From Trichoplax sp. H2 (taxonomy: Eukaryota), in the NCBI GenBank assembly GCA_003344405.1, contig NOWV01000111.1, positions 124,001 to 188,000 on the forward strand: a stretch of 64,000 bases of DNA, read 5' to 3'. A program made the translations under genes and the position numbers. Position 1 is the first letter of the stretch. The number at the start of each line of letters is the position of its first letter. The notes under the pieces were generated by a model, which made no database searches, was not told where the DNA came from, and saw nothing but the letters and a program-made list of their open reading frames with translations. Shown piece after piece: positions 13,801-28,800 of the stretch.

Positions 13801-16800
13801 GTGTGATGATATTACTACATCTATCAGATCTATCCAATGTTCCATCACCAGTCATATAAATGATACAGAAACATTAACTGCATTATTACGATCATATATT
13901 TATCTGCATGTTACGTGCATAATTTTGATATTTAGTTCAACTCTTGATGAAATTAGATGCGTCAATGATAACTATTATCAAAACCATTACTGATAGACAA
14001 GTATGTAAACAGACTTCGCTTCACTTCCGCTGGGATGAATAAAATCTATGTCTAATTTCAGAATTGAGTCAGTAAGGATGATAATTAATGGTGATACATT
14101 CTAATTTAGCCTACGTTCATAACATAGATAAAACTAATTTAATTTAATTTTGGACATATAATGGAGTAAATATGCAGATTTTAGTTATATATAGAAATAT
14201 AGTAATCGATAATATTTTGATAACATGCTAACTAAGTCTTTTTAAATTATAATAGGTACGATTTAAAAGACTCTTGTTCATGATCTGATCTCTAGTTGAT
14301 AAATAAGGCATATAACTTAAGTAGCTTTTGTATCCTAGTAAAGAGAGATAATTCTCCGAATTATTGATCTAATGTTGTAGAAAGTTTTGTTTATCAAAGC
14401 TAGCTATTCTGCAAACGAGCTAATTTGATGTATGTACAGATCCTGTAATAAAATCTACATATATTTATTCGAAATCTTTAGCGATCGCTAGTGGCTTTTA
14501 ATCGGAGAAATAGGTATTAGTACATACGCCTACTTACACTGCCTGTAAATTTGATAATCCTCTAAAGCAGCCAGATGTTAAAGAACGAATTCTATTGTTA
14601 TCAGCATACCTAGATTTAATAAAATTAACCAATGATTAGTATGCTAATTTCTTTACAACAGTTAGCTATAAACTGATGATCACAATAAAATCATACAAGT
14701 ATTCCAATTTAGGAAAAACGCCAGGAATATAATTTGTTGCACAAATGTCATGAAAGTTATTTTGAGAGATATTCCTATAATCAATTAAATATGAAAAAAG
14801 TAAATGTAAATGAAATATTTTAGATAATTTTGGCTTTATCTCTTCAAGACTAACAGTAATTCAAGTCCATTCAGACAAATTTTGCTAGATTCTGGAAACG
14901 CTGACAAAAAATTATGGCTTAAATCGCTGAAAAAGATAAGACAAGCCTTTGCGTAAGAACGAAATAGAAGAACGTTACAATGTATTGATGAACCATATTT
15001 ATTCATACAATACAGGAAATAAATGGACAATATCAATTCCTAGATGAATATATCACAAACATATTGACTATAAGGCCCACAGACAATATTTCCATAACTT
15101 CTAATTAACATAACATCAAAAAATGTCGATATTTTTATATTACAAATATGGCTTACAGTCTTTCTAAGTTATCTTCAGAATCTTTAAACAAGATACTGGA
15201 ATCGAAGGTATAGAATTTATTGTATTGCAAATTCCTGAAAAGAGAAAATATAAAAAATATTTTTAAGTCTCATGTACCATAATGTTAAGCGTTATGTAAT
15301 TCCATAAACCAAGTACTAACAATGAGAGTAGGAATCCGCGCAAGTGTTGAAATGTGCCGTTAGGCAAAGTGGATAAATTGCTTCTTGCAATATTTCTGAT
15401 GAAAACAGACATGAAAGAAACCTTCATAAGTCATCGTTAAGTTTCTTCAAAAAGACGTGCAGTTACCCTAATGTAGCGATTAGAGCTTGATAACTTACAT
15501 TTCGAATGTAAAGCAGTCGCGACCGACGGTATTCAGATTGCACCAATATGGAGGTTGTATAGCGGAGACAATTTCGATTATAGTGCTAGTAGTCATATTG
15601 TTATTCCCAAAAGATCTAAAGGATGACAGAGCATTCGTTGATTCTCAATATAAACTTGCATAGTAATTATGAAAGAAGAAATTAAAAATAGCATGAAAGC
15701 TGATATTTTAAAAATTTCTTCATATTTCCTTCAGTATGGTAAATAACTAAAAGAATATTATCATAGCAGAATAGCTGCCCAAGAATCAATATCAATTACT
15801 AATGTGTAATTTTCTGCCTCAACAGTTTAGTTATACGGTATTTACGATAGACCAAAATTGCATATCAATTGCAGTATATGAATAGCACTTACAATTGTCT
15901 CAAATGAGTGGCTAATTTGAAAAATTCAACTGGTAGAGAGATGATATCGTTGCCAGAAATGTCACTAGTACAAAGCGAAAGTTGATAGAGCAAAATCTCA
16001 ACGACAGTATTACTTATGGATTTCTTGAAATAATCAATATCAAAAACTTTTAACCGATTATTGATGACTTACATGCTTTTTAATCGTTTATCCTTTATAT
16101 TAATCAGAACATTTTGGTAAAAATTTCCTAAGTAGCTTTCCAGATGATTGTTGGCAACACCTCTTTAAATTTATATAGAGTTATGTGATCTAGTTTATTT
16201 GATAACGATATGATTTATACCTTTAATAAGTTAAAATATTTTATGTTCACTCACACGGCATACATATGCTCTAACGTATGTTTACAAGGTGCAGAAATAG
16301 TCTTAAATTCATTGCCATTCATATATCTGTAAAATAAAATTATATATTAACAATTAAAAATTTTAATGTTTACATCAGTTATATATTTACGAATTATTAG
16401 GTTAATATCATCATTGCTATATGAACATAAAAACCCCCAACATCGACATTCGATAAATATAATGTCAATTCTTGGCTCATACTGCAACCGCTGACGAGCA
16501 AGATACATGTACAACAGCGTTCTATGGCTCCAATTAGACCTCAAACACAATTTTCTCTATAGCAACTTAAATTACTATATGTGATCATCAACGGTTTTAT
16601 ACCATCAAGTCTATGAAGGAAAGATGTTCACATCGCAAACGTAACATAGTCATCCCTAGATATCCTACCATAACGTCACTGATAACAATTTATTTTCTCT
16701 CAGCATTATCTACATATTCATGTAGATAACGGCATATATTTGCATATATTATCAGTTTATCTAATTTTTGTCCTCACAGCTAAACTTTAGATAACCTATA

Positions 16801-19800
16801 AAGTAAGCGACTGATAATAATTTATTCTTGTCTAAATGTAAGCAGGTAAGCTAATTCATGTCCATACGGCTACGCTATAAATTTAGTTGTTTTTCAATGA
16901 AAATTTACGGTTAATAACCTAAGGAAATATATGTATTTAGTGGTGGCTGTCCGACAACAGAAAATTGTCAGCAGCTGCAACATAACTTAGTATTGGTTTA
17001 TAGATCAATATTAGCCATGTTTAGTATAATGTACTGTAGCTTAGCCTACTAAGTTTAATAGAAGACGTACTTAGTATTCAATAAGCATAAACCATAAATG
17101 AATATTTTATGTTAGAGTACAGACGACCATACACCGTAGAGTGCTAAATCACTATTGATGCTAGAAATAACATAAACATATATTACAACTCTTATATTGG
17201 GATACGGATAATTCATCACACTATGATCAATTGAAATTGATACCTGCATAAATACCGTAGCTGTTACTATAATTAACTATATTAGGTCTACTGTAGTACA
17301 TGTTGCTAGTATATAAAAACCTGAATGCTCATAAAGTAAGATGGAACATTGGTATGCTGATTGTAGCTGCATGTGATACCCAGAGTATATCAGCAGGCGA
17401 CTTAAACCAGAAAATCAATAATCATTTTCTTTCTGGCTCGATTTATCTAAGTATAAATTTTATTTTAGAACTAAAGAGGATAATTAGGTGTCATTTTAAA
17501 AGAGTTTTGTTAGCGGAGATAGTACTTTATGTAACAAGTCTTGGTTTGTAACACTAGTATGAAATATTGGCCGTCAGCTGAAAAATATTCAAGTTAAAGT
17601 GTTAACTAAGGATAATTAACAGGTAAGTACACATGGAACAATAAATGGTCATCTGAGCGTCTAGATATAGCATGAGCTTAAAATTAAGGCTTAACGACTT
17701 ACAAATTTTTAATACCCTCAGGAATTGATTCACACCGCCAGTCAGAAATCCGATTATTATTTAATGATCTGTTTGATATGATATAGAATATTTATAACTT
17801 TTAGTTTGAAGTTATACCATAGAATCATATGCTAGTAGATCTTTATTTTAATTCTTAGATATGATTCAGTATAAAATATGAAGTTAAAAGTCGAGAAAGT
17901 GCATTAATCTTACATGGTAGTTAATTTATTTGCACCGCTAAAAGCATGACGGCCTATGATTTTAATGTTATTTCTGTCCAAGTTGCTTTTCGTTATTACA
18001 ATTAAAGACAAGAAGTCAAATATAAGTTTCAATATATCTAAGACTTATAGCTTTATAAATCAGCATATACCGCTTTTCATTTAGAACATTCACGTGTAAA
18101 GATATTTTCAATTTATTGCACTTCACAATATACAAATCCAGTTAAAGTTAATGTCGATATATAACCTCTGCATTCATCACCAAAAATAGCATATTTTTGG
18201 TGACGACAAATTTTCGTCGCTTGAATCAAAATGATAACAAATTTGCGGCAGTTATAAAGTAAGTTATTGTATTTACATATCTTCAATAAGCATTTGATCA
18301 TCATAATGATTTCGTAATGATAGCGTAAAGAATCTAATAATAAGGAATTGCTATTACAAATAAAAAACATGTATACAAATTTATCTGCAGTATATAGTCT
18401 CTGCACCCCCACTAATATAGTACTAAAATCAAAATAATCTTGCAAAAGAATTTACATTTAAGCAGATCAAATGAAACTATCTCCTAACAAAACCAATCAT
18501 TATTCACGAACAATAAAGCATTACCGCATATGACAGATTCTTTCTTAGCTCAGAATTTAAAATAACCTAATACTAGTTATTGTAATAGCATAACAACTTA
18601 CATCGTCTTTAATTTTTTAAGGTGTTTCAAAGGAGAAGCTTCTAATGTGATAATTGAATTTCCTTGTAAATCTCTGATGTATTACAAATTAAATCAAATT
18701 AATCAACAGCTTGAGACTCAACCCTGAAAGTAGCCTATAAGAATATATTGATTAAAATATCTCACAGTTGCAGTAAAGACGCCAAATCTTGATGAAATGA
18801 GATGTTAACATCAACGACTTTATTGTTATCCAAACTCCTAATCAAATCGAAAAAATGATGATAATATTTCTAAGCTTTCCCAACATATGTTACTTTCATT
18901 ATACCATTTCCGATATAGTAGCTTATCCTCTTTGTCAATTTGAAAACTCACAATTTTTGTAGAGATTTTAAACCTTGAAATGCGCCTGAAAGAATCACTC
19001 TGATATCGTTATTTCCCAAGTTTCTGTAAATTTTTATAAATTAAAAAGGAGAAATTTATGCATATGTAACTACGGTTAATATTTGACAAAATACTGCAGC
19101 AAAATTTAAAATTACTCTATAACGATAACAAACTGATAATGTAAAAATTGTAAACTTAGTAATAAATTCAAAATATATTTTATCTAAATAAGAGATCATT
19201 CATATCTTAGAAGTGACTGAGTGATGAGGAATTGCATAGTAGTTACTGTACAAAGCAAACTATACCCATATATCATATAGCTATCCGTAAGATAAGAGAT
19301 AGATTAGAACTGGCCATATCAATGCATAACTAACATAGTAAGAGCAATTAAAACGCGCAAATTATGCATATGGAACTACCATCAAATTTTTTAAAATATT
19401 CTGCTGCAATTCAAAATTATTCTATGATGCAAACAAAATTATAACAAAGAAATTATTAACTAATTGATAAAATAAAAGTAATTTTATCCATATATGGGAT
19501 TATTTATAACTGGAAGGTAGCTAAGTGATGCTGAATTGTACTATAATAGCTATATAAAGTAAAACTGCACACATTGGTCACACAGTTATCCGTAGGATAA
19601 GAGATAGGGTGGAACCCAGCAATGTCAATACAGAAAACAAGCGTTACAAGGATAATTCTCTTTATTAGCAAACCACATGGTAGATTAGCTAGCTTAGCAA
19701 TAGAAAATTAAAGTTATTCATATAATCTCCTTACGCTATAACTTTGGCCATGACACCTACTTACAAGTTATCTAAATTGAGATTTGATTGAAATATCCCA

Positions 19801-22800
19801 TTACTTAATAAGACAAGACGATTATTACGCAAGGACCTATATGGTGTTGTTCAAGACAAGTGATGAAAGTTTATACGATTGATTTGAGGTATTAATTTAT
19901 AGCGACACCTAAATAGCAAATAATTACAATGATTTTAAACTTTTTAAGTAGGATAAATCTGTTGATAGAAGTACCATTATCCTGTTATCATTGATGTTCC
20001 TGATGGCATCATAAATATAAATCAGTAATCATTTGTTATATCAACAAAAAATTAGCTGGCTTACAATTTCTCTAAATAAGTCAGGTATCTACTAAAGCGT
20101 AAATTTTCCAAGATATTGAACGATAAATCCCTGCTCAAAATACGCAGTAAAAGAAATAGTAAAAATATATTAATCGCTCTCTGTCTTTTATCAATTTTTA
20201 TGGAGCCTAATAATAATAGTATTTTGTAGTTTAAGGAAAAATTCGGAATATTATATAGAATTAATGTATACTCACATATAAGTTAGCTTGTGACAGTTTT
20301 GAAATGTATCAGTCCGAATATTAGAAATATCATTGTCCCGGAATATCCTGTTAGATATCGAAATTGATAATAATGTTGGCAAATATTTCTAGACATATGT
20401 TTCATGAATGAATTCTGTTATTAAATCTTTAAAGTTTAATTAATAGATAGTTTCCTCATGATATAAGGACACTTACAAATTTCTAATCATGTCTCCGTTA
20501 ATCCAACTATCAAGTATATTCTTGTCAAGTCGATGAAGATTATTGTGACTTAAATCGCTAGTCATGGTAGTGTGTGTAAAATATTTTAGTGATTAAATTA
20601 CTTAGGTACTTATTTAGAATCACTCTCACGATCTAAGTGTAGGCATAAAATATAACAAACATCTAGTGAAATGTGATAGTTACGGAATTTATAGTAGTCA
20701 TTGAAATCCTATCTTTTAAGTTACTGATTTGCAAAGATGGAAAGTGATACATTCATAAATGATTCAATGTAGCTAATACTTACAGCCAGCGAAATTCTGA
20801 CACTACTATAATCTAATGTAACAATATTATATTTATTTAGTCTAAATTTTTCTATAAGTCTAGATTTTAGAGCTGATACACTGAACATATAACATCTAAG
20901 CTAAAAGAAGATGAATGAGTAACGGATCTAATCAAATAGATATTGCATTGCTAATTCGATTTCTACTGAATTTAATTTAAAATCGGACATAACAAAAAGG
21001 AAAAGCTAGACTTTTTTCATATCTTGTAACCTGTAAAGGTTTACAGGACTAATGATTGGTAAATAACATAGAATCTATTAAGCATCTCCTGAAAATACTG
21101 GATAATAGTATAACAGCTAAGCAAATTAGAGTAAAGTTGTAGGAAGTCAAATTGGGAGTAGCAACATTAAATTACTCAAACTAAGAAAATTTTATCAATT
21201 TAATCCTACTGTTCTAGATATTATTCGCATCTTCAAGTGACAATTGCAATAATATCATCAAATAGAGCCTCTAAAATATGATTCAACATGCCTGATAATT
21301 CTAAGATAGCATGCTAAAAGAAGTGCGCAACTTATTCATTAATAATCTCTCGTAATCATTAGACATCAAGATAGCTAATAAATACTTTATCTTACAAAAA
21401 TTTGTTATAAAATTTAATATTATTTGTTACATACAGTGTAGTTAGTGTGGTCAAATTCTTCAATTTGAGTACTTTAGATTCATCAAAAGCGTTACCGGAT
21501 AAATTCCTAAAGAGAAAATTCTATATTATAGTAATATTAATCTATAAATTACAAAGACTTAAAGTATTGATAATCTCAGCAAATTGGTTAAAAATGTTTG
21601 TTCTTTCATTATGTTGTACAAGACCTTCCTAATTTAATATTTTAATATTAAAAATCCTAGCTAACAATTTATGATGTACGTGTATACCAGAAACTAATAT
21701 CAACTAGTTATCATTAGTGTTCTTTCTATCTATAGAAATTTGCAAGAATTATTTGTTTAAATGATATTTTTATGTTTGTAATGATTGACTTACAAGACTT
21801 GAAGGCGGATCATCGAGTTGATAGATGGTATAGAATTGACATTGCCATTCGATAAATCTCTGCGATGTTATAATAGCGATACCGATAATTAAAACTTCGA
21901 CAGATGATATTTAAATTAATTACTTAAAATACTTGATATTTAGAGTTGTCGGATAACTACAGTACACCTACAGTTTTGTGATATTTTTCCATATCTCGCT
22001 TCCAACTGCTTTGACCTCTGTTATGATGTTAGAATCAATTTTCCTGTAAATTGGCATGTATGTATTGTAAAATAAAATCGAAAATTTTATCTTTGCCAGG
22101 ATTTCATGATCTATATCGTAATAACTTAAACTATATAATAATTTTAATCGTAAAATACTGTATTGGTCTTATCAATGATATCATCAATTTCCCATTATTT
22201 AAGCATATAACAGAATTTTTTTCAATTTTCTATTCGATAGAATAAGAATTTTATAATTTGAAATCACTTAATTTAGCTATCGAGATTTTGTAAAAGCTAT
22301 TAGGATTATAACTTACAGATCTTGTAGAGCAGGAAAGAATGATTCAAAAATTTCCGCTGGATTACTTATGCGGTTTCCTCCTAGCCAACTAAATAGTATG
22401 TAATCATAATTATTGGCATTCGTTAGCACAGTATCTTTTCGGAGAAGACTGACAGTTATTAAAGTTGTTACATTATTAGGCTATATCACAACTGAATAAA
22501 TTAGATAAACAGAGAAATTACTCATGACTACTTTACTCTATGCAACTTACAGATATTTTAATTGATCAAGTCCACAAAATGCATCTTGACTTATTATTTT
22601 AATAGCGTTGTTTCTTATTTGTCTAGTTGAAACACATATGTGCAAAACACTTAGTACTCAGACTAAAATAATATTCATTCATTGATACGAGGAAATCTCA
22701 ACAAAAACTCCAATTTGATATCGCAATCAATTAATTAATTAATGTATTAATGCAAAAATTTGCGTCGATATTCTAATGAATTAGCTTACAGTCTTTGTAA

Positions 22801-25800
22801 TTGAGTTAAGCCTTCAAATGGACAGTGTTGAAGATGTACAATATTATTTTCGTCTAAAATGCTGGATAAGTATCGTGATTTAATATGCAATTCAACATGA
22901 ATAGTACATAGTAAGCCATATCTATGAATACTTACAGCTTTTGTAGTTGGTTTAAATCTCGGAACATGCTGTTGTTGATTGATACCAGATAATTATATGA
23001 TAAATCTCTGTAATTAATAGAAAGTAATCTATTAAACACGAATCAAGAATTCATAGTGTACCATTAATTCTACAGCATGTTTTAATTTGAATGAAGGAAT
23101 AAAAAGAATATGATCATTTACAATTCCTGCAAAGTTGAAAGACCAATCAACGCATCATCCTCGATTAACGAGAGACGGTTGGAGCTTAGATCACTAATTA
23201 AATATGATAGATTTGAAGGATTTTGGTTAGTTTTCGTTATTTTATCGTCTATTCTTAACTTACTTAAACTAAAAGTCACATTTTAAATTGATTATTTACA
23301 CACTACTGCACGAATTTCACTGTATATAATGTCATAAGCTGCGCATACATTGTTTCTATCGTCTTCAAGCCTTCCAAAACACGATTTTCTAATCTGCTAA
23401 TTTCGTTTACTGATAGATCTCTAGGCATCATTAATCGAATTTTAAGCAATTAATACCACAATCATCTTCTTGAAATGCTTGCTATGAATTATAAATGTTC
23501 TTGAAGACTATTTACAATGTTTTCAATTGCACCAAATCCTGGAATTGATTGGGCTTCAAGCCAGTGATTTTGTTAAAATATAGATTTCTGGGGTAATGAC
23601 GATCAGAAATATTATATGACATTAAATTCTGTTTTAATGATTGTTACTCTACGCAAATATAGCAATTGCACTGCGAAATTTAATTTTCAAAATTTTTACA
23701 GCGAAATCATAAACTTACAAAGTCTGCAATTGATTAAGCCCTTGAAATGTCACATTTACCATGAAACGGATATTGTTATATGGCAATTGCCTGCCACAAA
23801 ATATGGTTAATATTATTAGTAAGTACAAGTTTGTTATTTGCTATAAGATTATAGAGAGATTTAAGAAAAGAATTTTTTTTGTTGATCAAAAATGTTTCTG
23901 CTCAATTCTGTTTCAAATTAGTAATTTCCGATTTACAATATCATTATGGAATAAGAATCATCATTACTAAATACAGAATAGCAATGACTATGAAAGTAAG
24001 CAATTTAGCCGCAATCTTTGACCGCATTATAATAAGGACAGATATATCGAAGCAAAGCTTTGAAAACTGCGATAGGAATATTATGACTATACAGTAGATA
24101 TGTAATAGTGAACAGTAATTAATTTTCTCTAGCTTCATTAAGTAGCATATTTATATCCGTAGTTTCTTAAAATAAGGCAAATTCAGAAGGCAATTTAAGA
24201 ACGACAAAGCTATTGCAGATTTCCGTGAAAAGCTGCCGAAATAGCTAGTAATGTTTATTCTATAAACTAGCTAATTCTAGAAACTGATTATCTCTTGTTA
24301 GAAAATTGAACGGGAATACTTATAATCTCTACCAAATCGAATTGTAGGTAAAAAAGAACTTACAAATTTTGTAAGGAATTCAGCTGTTGTTGAGAGAAAA
24401 ATTGTCCTTGAATTGTTTGTAATACTCCATTTGAAACTAACCTAAAAGTCCGAATGAATTTCTAAATGACCCTTGATATCACTACTAACGTACAGCCTCA
24501 ATTTAGCCAATGGTTTAAAGCCTATGCTATTTATTTGGACTTACAATGTTCTGAGCTTACGTAATGGGTAGAATATCTCAGGTTCAAGGGTTAAAATATT
24601 ATTCTGTTCTATATTCCTACAGATATTTTGCGGAAAAGATGTCGGTAACGATTAAATATTGATAATATAGTAAGAATTTTATAGCTAAAGCATTATTCAT
24701 CGCGATCAAATACACTATAAATATTTCATAATAAAAATTAGTTTAACATCATTACTAGTCATTTGACTCCCATCTATTAAATTATCGATGTAATCTAAGC
24801 GGAATTAAATTAATAAAATGGATAATATAGCTTTCGATTTTTGTATCTTGGGAAGTACGAGATATTTCCTACAAAATTTGTCATCGTATCGAATACCACC
24901 TTATTTGATGGTAAAACTAGTAATAGCAAATTTGTGAGCAATAAGTATTTGTGAATTAATTCATAAACCAACTCACAAAGAAAGTAATTCTGAGCAATCG
25001 CTAAGGCTTTTCGGTTCAATCCATTTTATCTGACATCCTTCTAAATTTCTGTAATATTAAATTTAGGTACTTAGAATATTTAAAACTTTCGTCTTTGGTC
25101 CAAAATGTGCTACTTAATAATACAAGTAGCTTTCACGTCAATTTTTTGTATTGATATTTATACAAAATGGTTCAGTTATGACTTACAAACTTTTAAGTTT
25201 AAATAAATTTTTAAATGTCGTAGAATTAATTCTCTGAATATTATTCCTTGCTAAAGATCTGTCAATGATCGAAATCGGATTCAAATAAAAATTAGAAGAT
25301 TGATTAAAGAAATTTAAGAGACTGGCAAATCGTGAAAATCATCCCTTAGATAAATTATTTACAGTATAGACTTTTCTAAATTACGTTAACTATGTTCTGA
25401 TACTTACAAATGGGCTAGTGAAGGTAATCTGGTAAATGCTCCATCAGTAATTGAGTTAATTTCATTTTCATTTAATAACCTAGAAATATTCGACCGTAAG
25501 ATTGCAAATTAAGTTTTTAGGTATATTTTAAAACATCACATTTTTAAAGTGCTTGGTACATGCTATAATAACAAAGATAAAACATGAATATACTATATGA
25601 AATAGCCTTACAGTGTTTCTAAACTTGTCAAATGAAACATTTTAGCATTTATCATGCTTAACCGATTACCAGCTAAATTTCTGGTCATAAATAGAAATTA
25701 GATTAGCATCTAACTTAACACTACTGAATTATTAAAAATTCGAAACTGATTAATTATTCGAAAATCTTACATAGTTCGCAAAAATTTGAAACCATTGTTA

Positions 25801-28800
25801 TTAAACGCGTCTTTCCCAATATCTTTAATTCTACAGTTGCTAGCTGAACTACAAAATTAAAAGTTAGCAGATAAAAGATTAGCCCTACAGAGCATTCCAT
25901 TCTACTGTACGTGTATGCAGGATACCAGAATCAAATCATTTAAAATAATATACTACAATGTTTCACAGTTTAAATTTTACTACTTCTTTTTGAGAAACAT
26001 TACAGTATAGTTGTGATCTAAATGTACTACCGGATAATTATTTTTAAGTGAAATTAAGAGTTAAAGTTGATTTCGTTTTAATTAGTCAAAGTTATATAAA
26101 TTCGTAACTAACACTTGCATATGATGATTATCAACTAATAATCTACGACTTATTATTAGTTATTACGTTAGTAAAACGGGAACATATGATTATTTCCAAA
26201 CTGAAAATCCTCCTTCTCTAATTATATAATACTATCACGGTATGATTGCAATTTCCTGTAATTCAACTGCTGTAATATAAGACATAAAGCTGGATACCAT
26301 TAGATTATGCAATATGACAGAAACCTAATTAATTTCTGAAGATTTATGTAGAATTGTAGTTTTCTTCAAACTAGGTAAATAACAATATATTACATCAGAT
26401 AAATTATCTCATTCTACTAAATTTTTAGAAAGATGAAGAGAATGCAAGGATAAATTATTCCCATAATTACCAGGTATAAAAATCAAAGCCATTTATCATT
26501 AAGAAACTTACAAATATACGAGCTGTGTCAGACCGGCAATGATACCAAGGCGAATTGATGTTATGGGATTGTTATTAAGGGATCTAATTTAATTCAAATC
26601 ATTAATATACCACATGAAAGTATATTGGTAGAAAAACAGTCTCTACTATATCGTCAATTACTGGTAAATTCAGTAACGAAAGGGAAGATGTTTTATTATA
26701 CGTCATTACAGTGATATTAGGTTTGCCAAATCATCAAATGTTCCGTCTTCAATGTAAGTTATAGAATTTCTTGATAAAGATCTAATTAAAAGGCAAAGGA
26801 TAAAAATTTTTTTTATTGCCGATTTATTGATAAAGTTAAGTTTCTTCTCATAGTAGATCATTTTCATCTAGAAGTAATTTACAATTGTTTTAAATTTGAT
26901 AATCCCGAAAACATTCCTCTGTGTACTTCAACCAAAGAGTTGATTTCCAGCGTTCTACGTTAATAATAACAAAAGCAAACATATCAGTTTTTTGTATCAT
27001 TTCTTGAATAGTTATTAGCTGCGAATATACTATTCTACTATAGTAAATTTTATAAGCGTTTACTATGGATTATCTTGCTTTCTAATATAGATTTATTAAA
27101 TCACTATCAACTACTCTCTACGATGAAATCATAAAATCAATTACATTAAAGGTAGTCAAATTTTTAAATGAAGTATGATCAACTATTGACTTTGTTGATT
27201 GTATAGTTAAAGGTATAATGTTGAATAGACAGTAAACCCAGATAAGTATTTGATAGGCAAAACAGAAATAGAGCTCGCAATCCAACACTTCCATTATTAG
27301 CCAAACTCGTTATTTTAACGGGTATATACTGCTAGTGAGATATGAAATTATTTCTAAAAATCCTTCGTTAAGGTTTATCAATACTAGTAAAGTTTTTGGA
27401 TATCCTTGTTTATATTTATTCACCACTTGTTCAATAAAAATACGCGTATTTATAATAAATGGAAGGTAAATGGCATAAGGTTTTCTATATAATGTACGTA
27501 TTCTTACAGATTTGTGAGGTATTGCAAGTTTTGAAATGATCCGTTACATATTGTTTTAATCTTGTTTGCAGCCAAATTTCTGTATATCCGGATTAATAAA
27601 TAGTTGACAATCGTTAAATAATTAATTAAAAAATGACTCAAAGTATCCATTGATAAAATACACTCATCTATCCGAGATGAAAAACAAGCTTACAATATTA
27701 AGAGCCCACGTAATCCATAAAATGTTTTATTACAAATTTCTTCAATAGCATTGCTGGCTAAATTCCTTTATGAAAATATAACGTATTAATTATGAATAAT
27801 AACTAGTTCATCGTTTACATTAGTGTCAATTAGTACACATTATTTTACTAAAAGAAATGTGAATTTAAAAATGCCCTCAACTCTAAAGATTATCAAGCAT
27901 TACAGGTTTATGAGATTAGGAATCCATAGAAATGGATTTTCGTCCATAGAATCGATTGAGTTGTCATCTACGAATCTTTCAAATATAGCAGATAAAAATA
28001 TCCAAAAATAGCGAGGTGAAAAAGTGGTTTTAAAGTAAGTGTCAATAAAATAAATCATAGCGAAAAAGGACGTACAACTCTCTCAGATTTGGTATTCCAA
28101 TGAAATGTTCATTGCGAATACGCTCGACTTTATTGGCTCGTAAGTTTCTAGAGATAGGTCAAATTAATAGACCAGAGCAAATTCAGTATTTAACAGAATA
28201 AAATGATGCAAATAATTCTATATTCGATTTATAGCTCGGCCATGAAAATTAAAAGAAAGTAATGTATTTATTTTAGGATCGTAAAAATTGTTGAAGTCTG
28301 TTCTTATTTGAAATATTTACAAAAAAATACAGTTAAAATATATATTAGTAAAACTTCTAACGTATCGTAGGGTAATATAACAATATTATTATATTTTTAG
28401 CACTAATATGAGTATACCTATCATTAGAATCTCAACCAGATTACATACCAATTTATCCATGTGTCCAATTAGATACATAGCTGGCATTACATGCATTTTA
28501 CTGTTTATATTACTGTAATTTACTGGAAATTGATCAGAATTTATAGTTACGCCTTGCACACGAGATAATTTCAAAGTAATAATCAAATTGAATAAGGCGT
28601 TACTAGTAGTAATTAATGTATTAATTTAATTTTTATTTTGGAATAGAATATATATATAAGTTTACAGCTATTAATAACGCCTTCTAGATGGTTTAAAGAA
28701 AATTTAAATTTGACAACACTGCTAGGATAAATCGTCAATAACTACATATTTCAAAGTTATTAGATAATCCAATATGTACAAAGACAACGATATTATGGCG

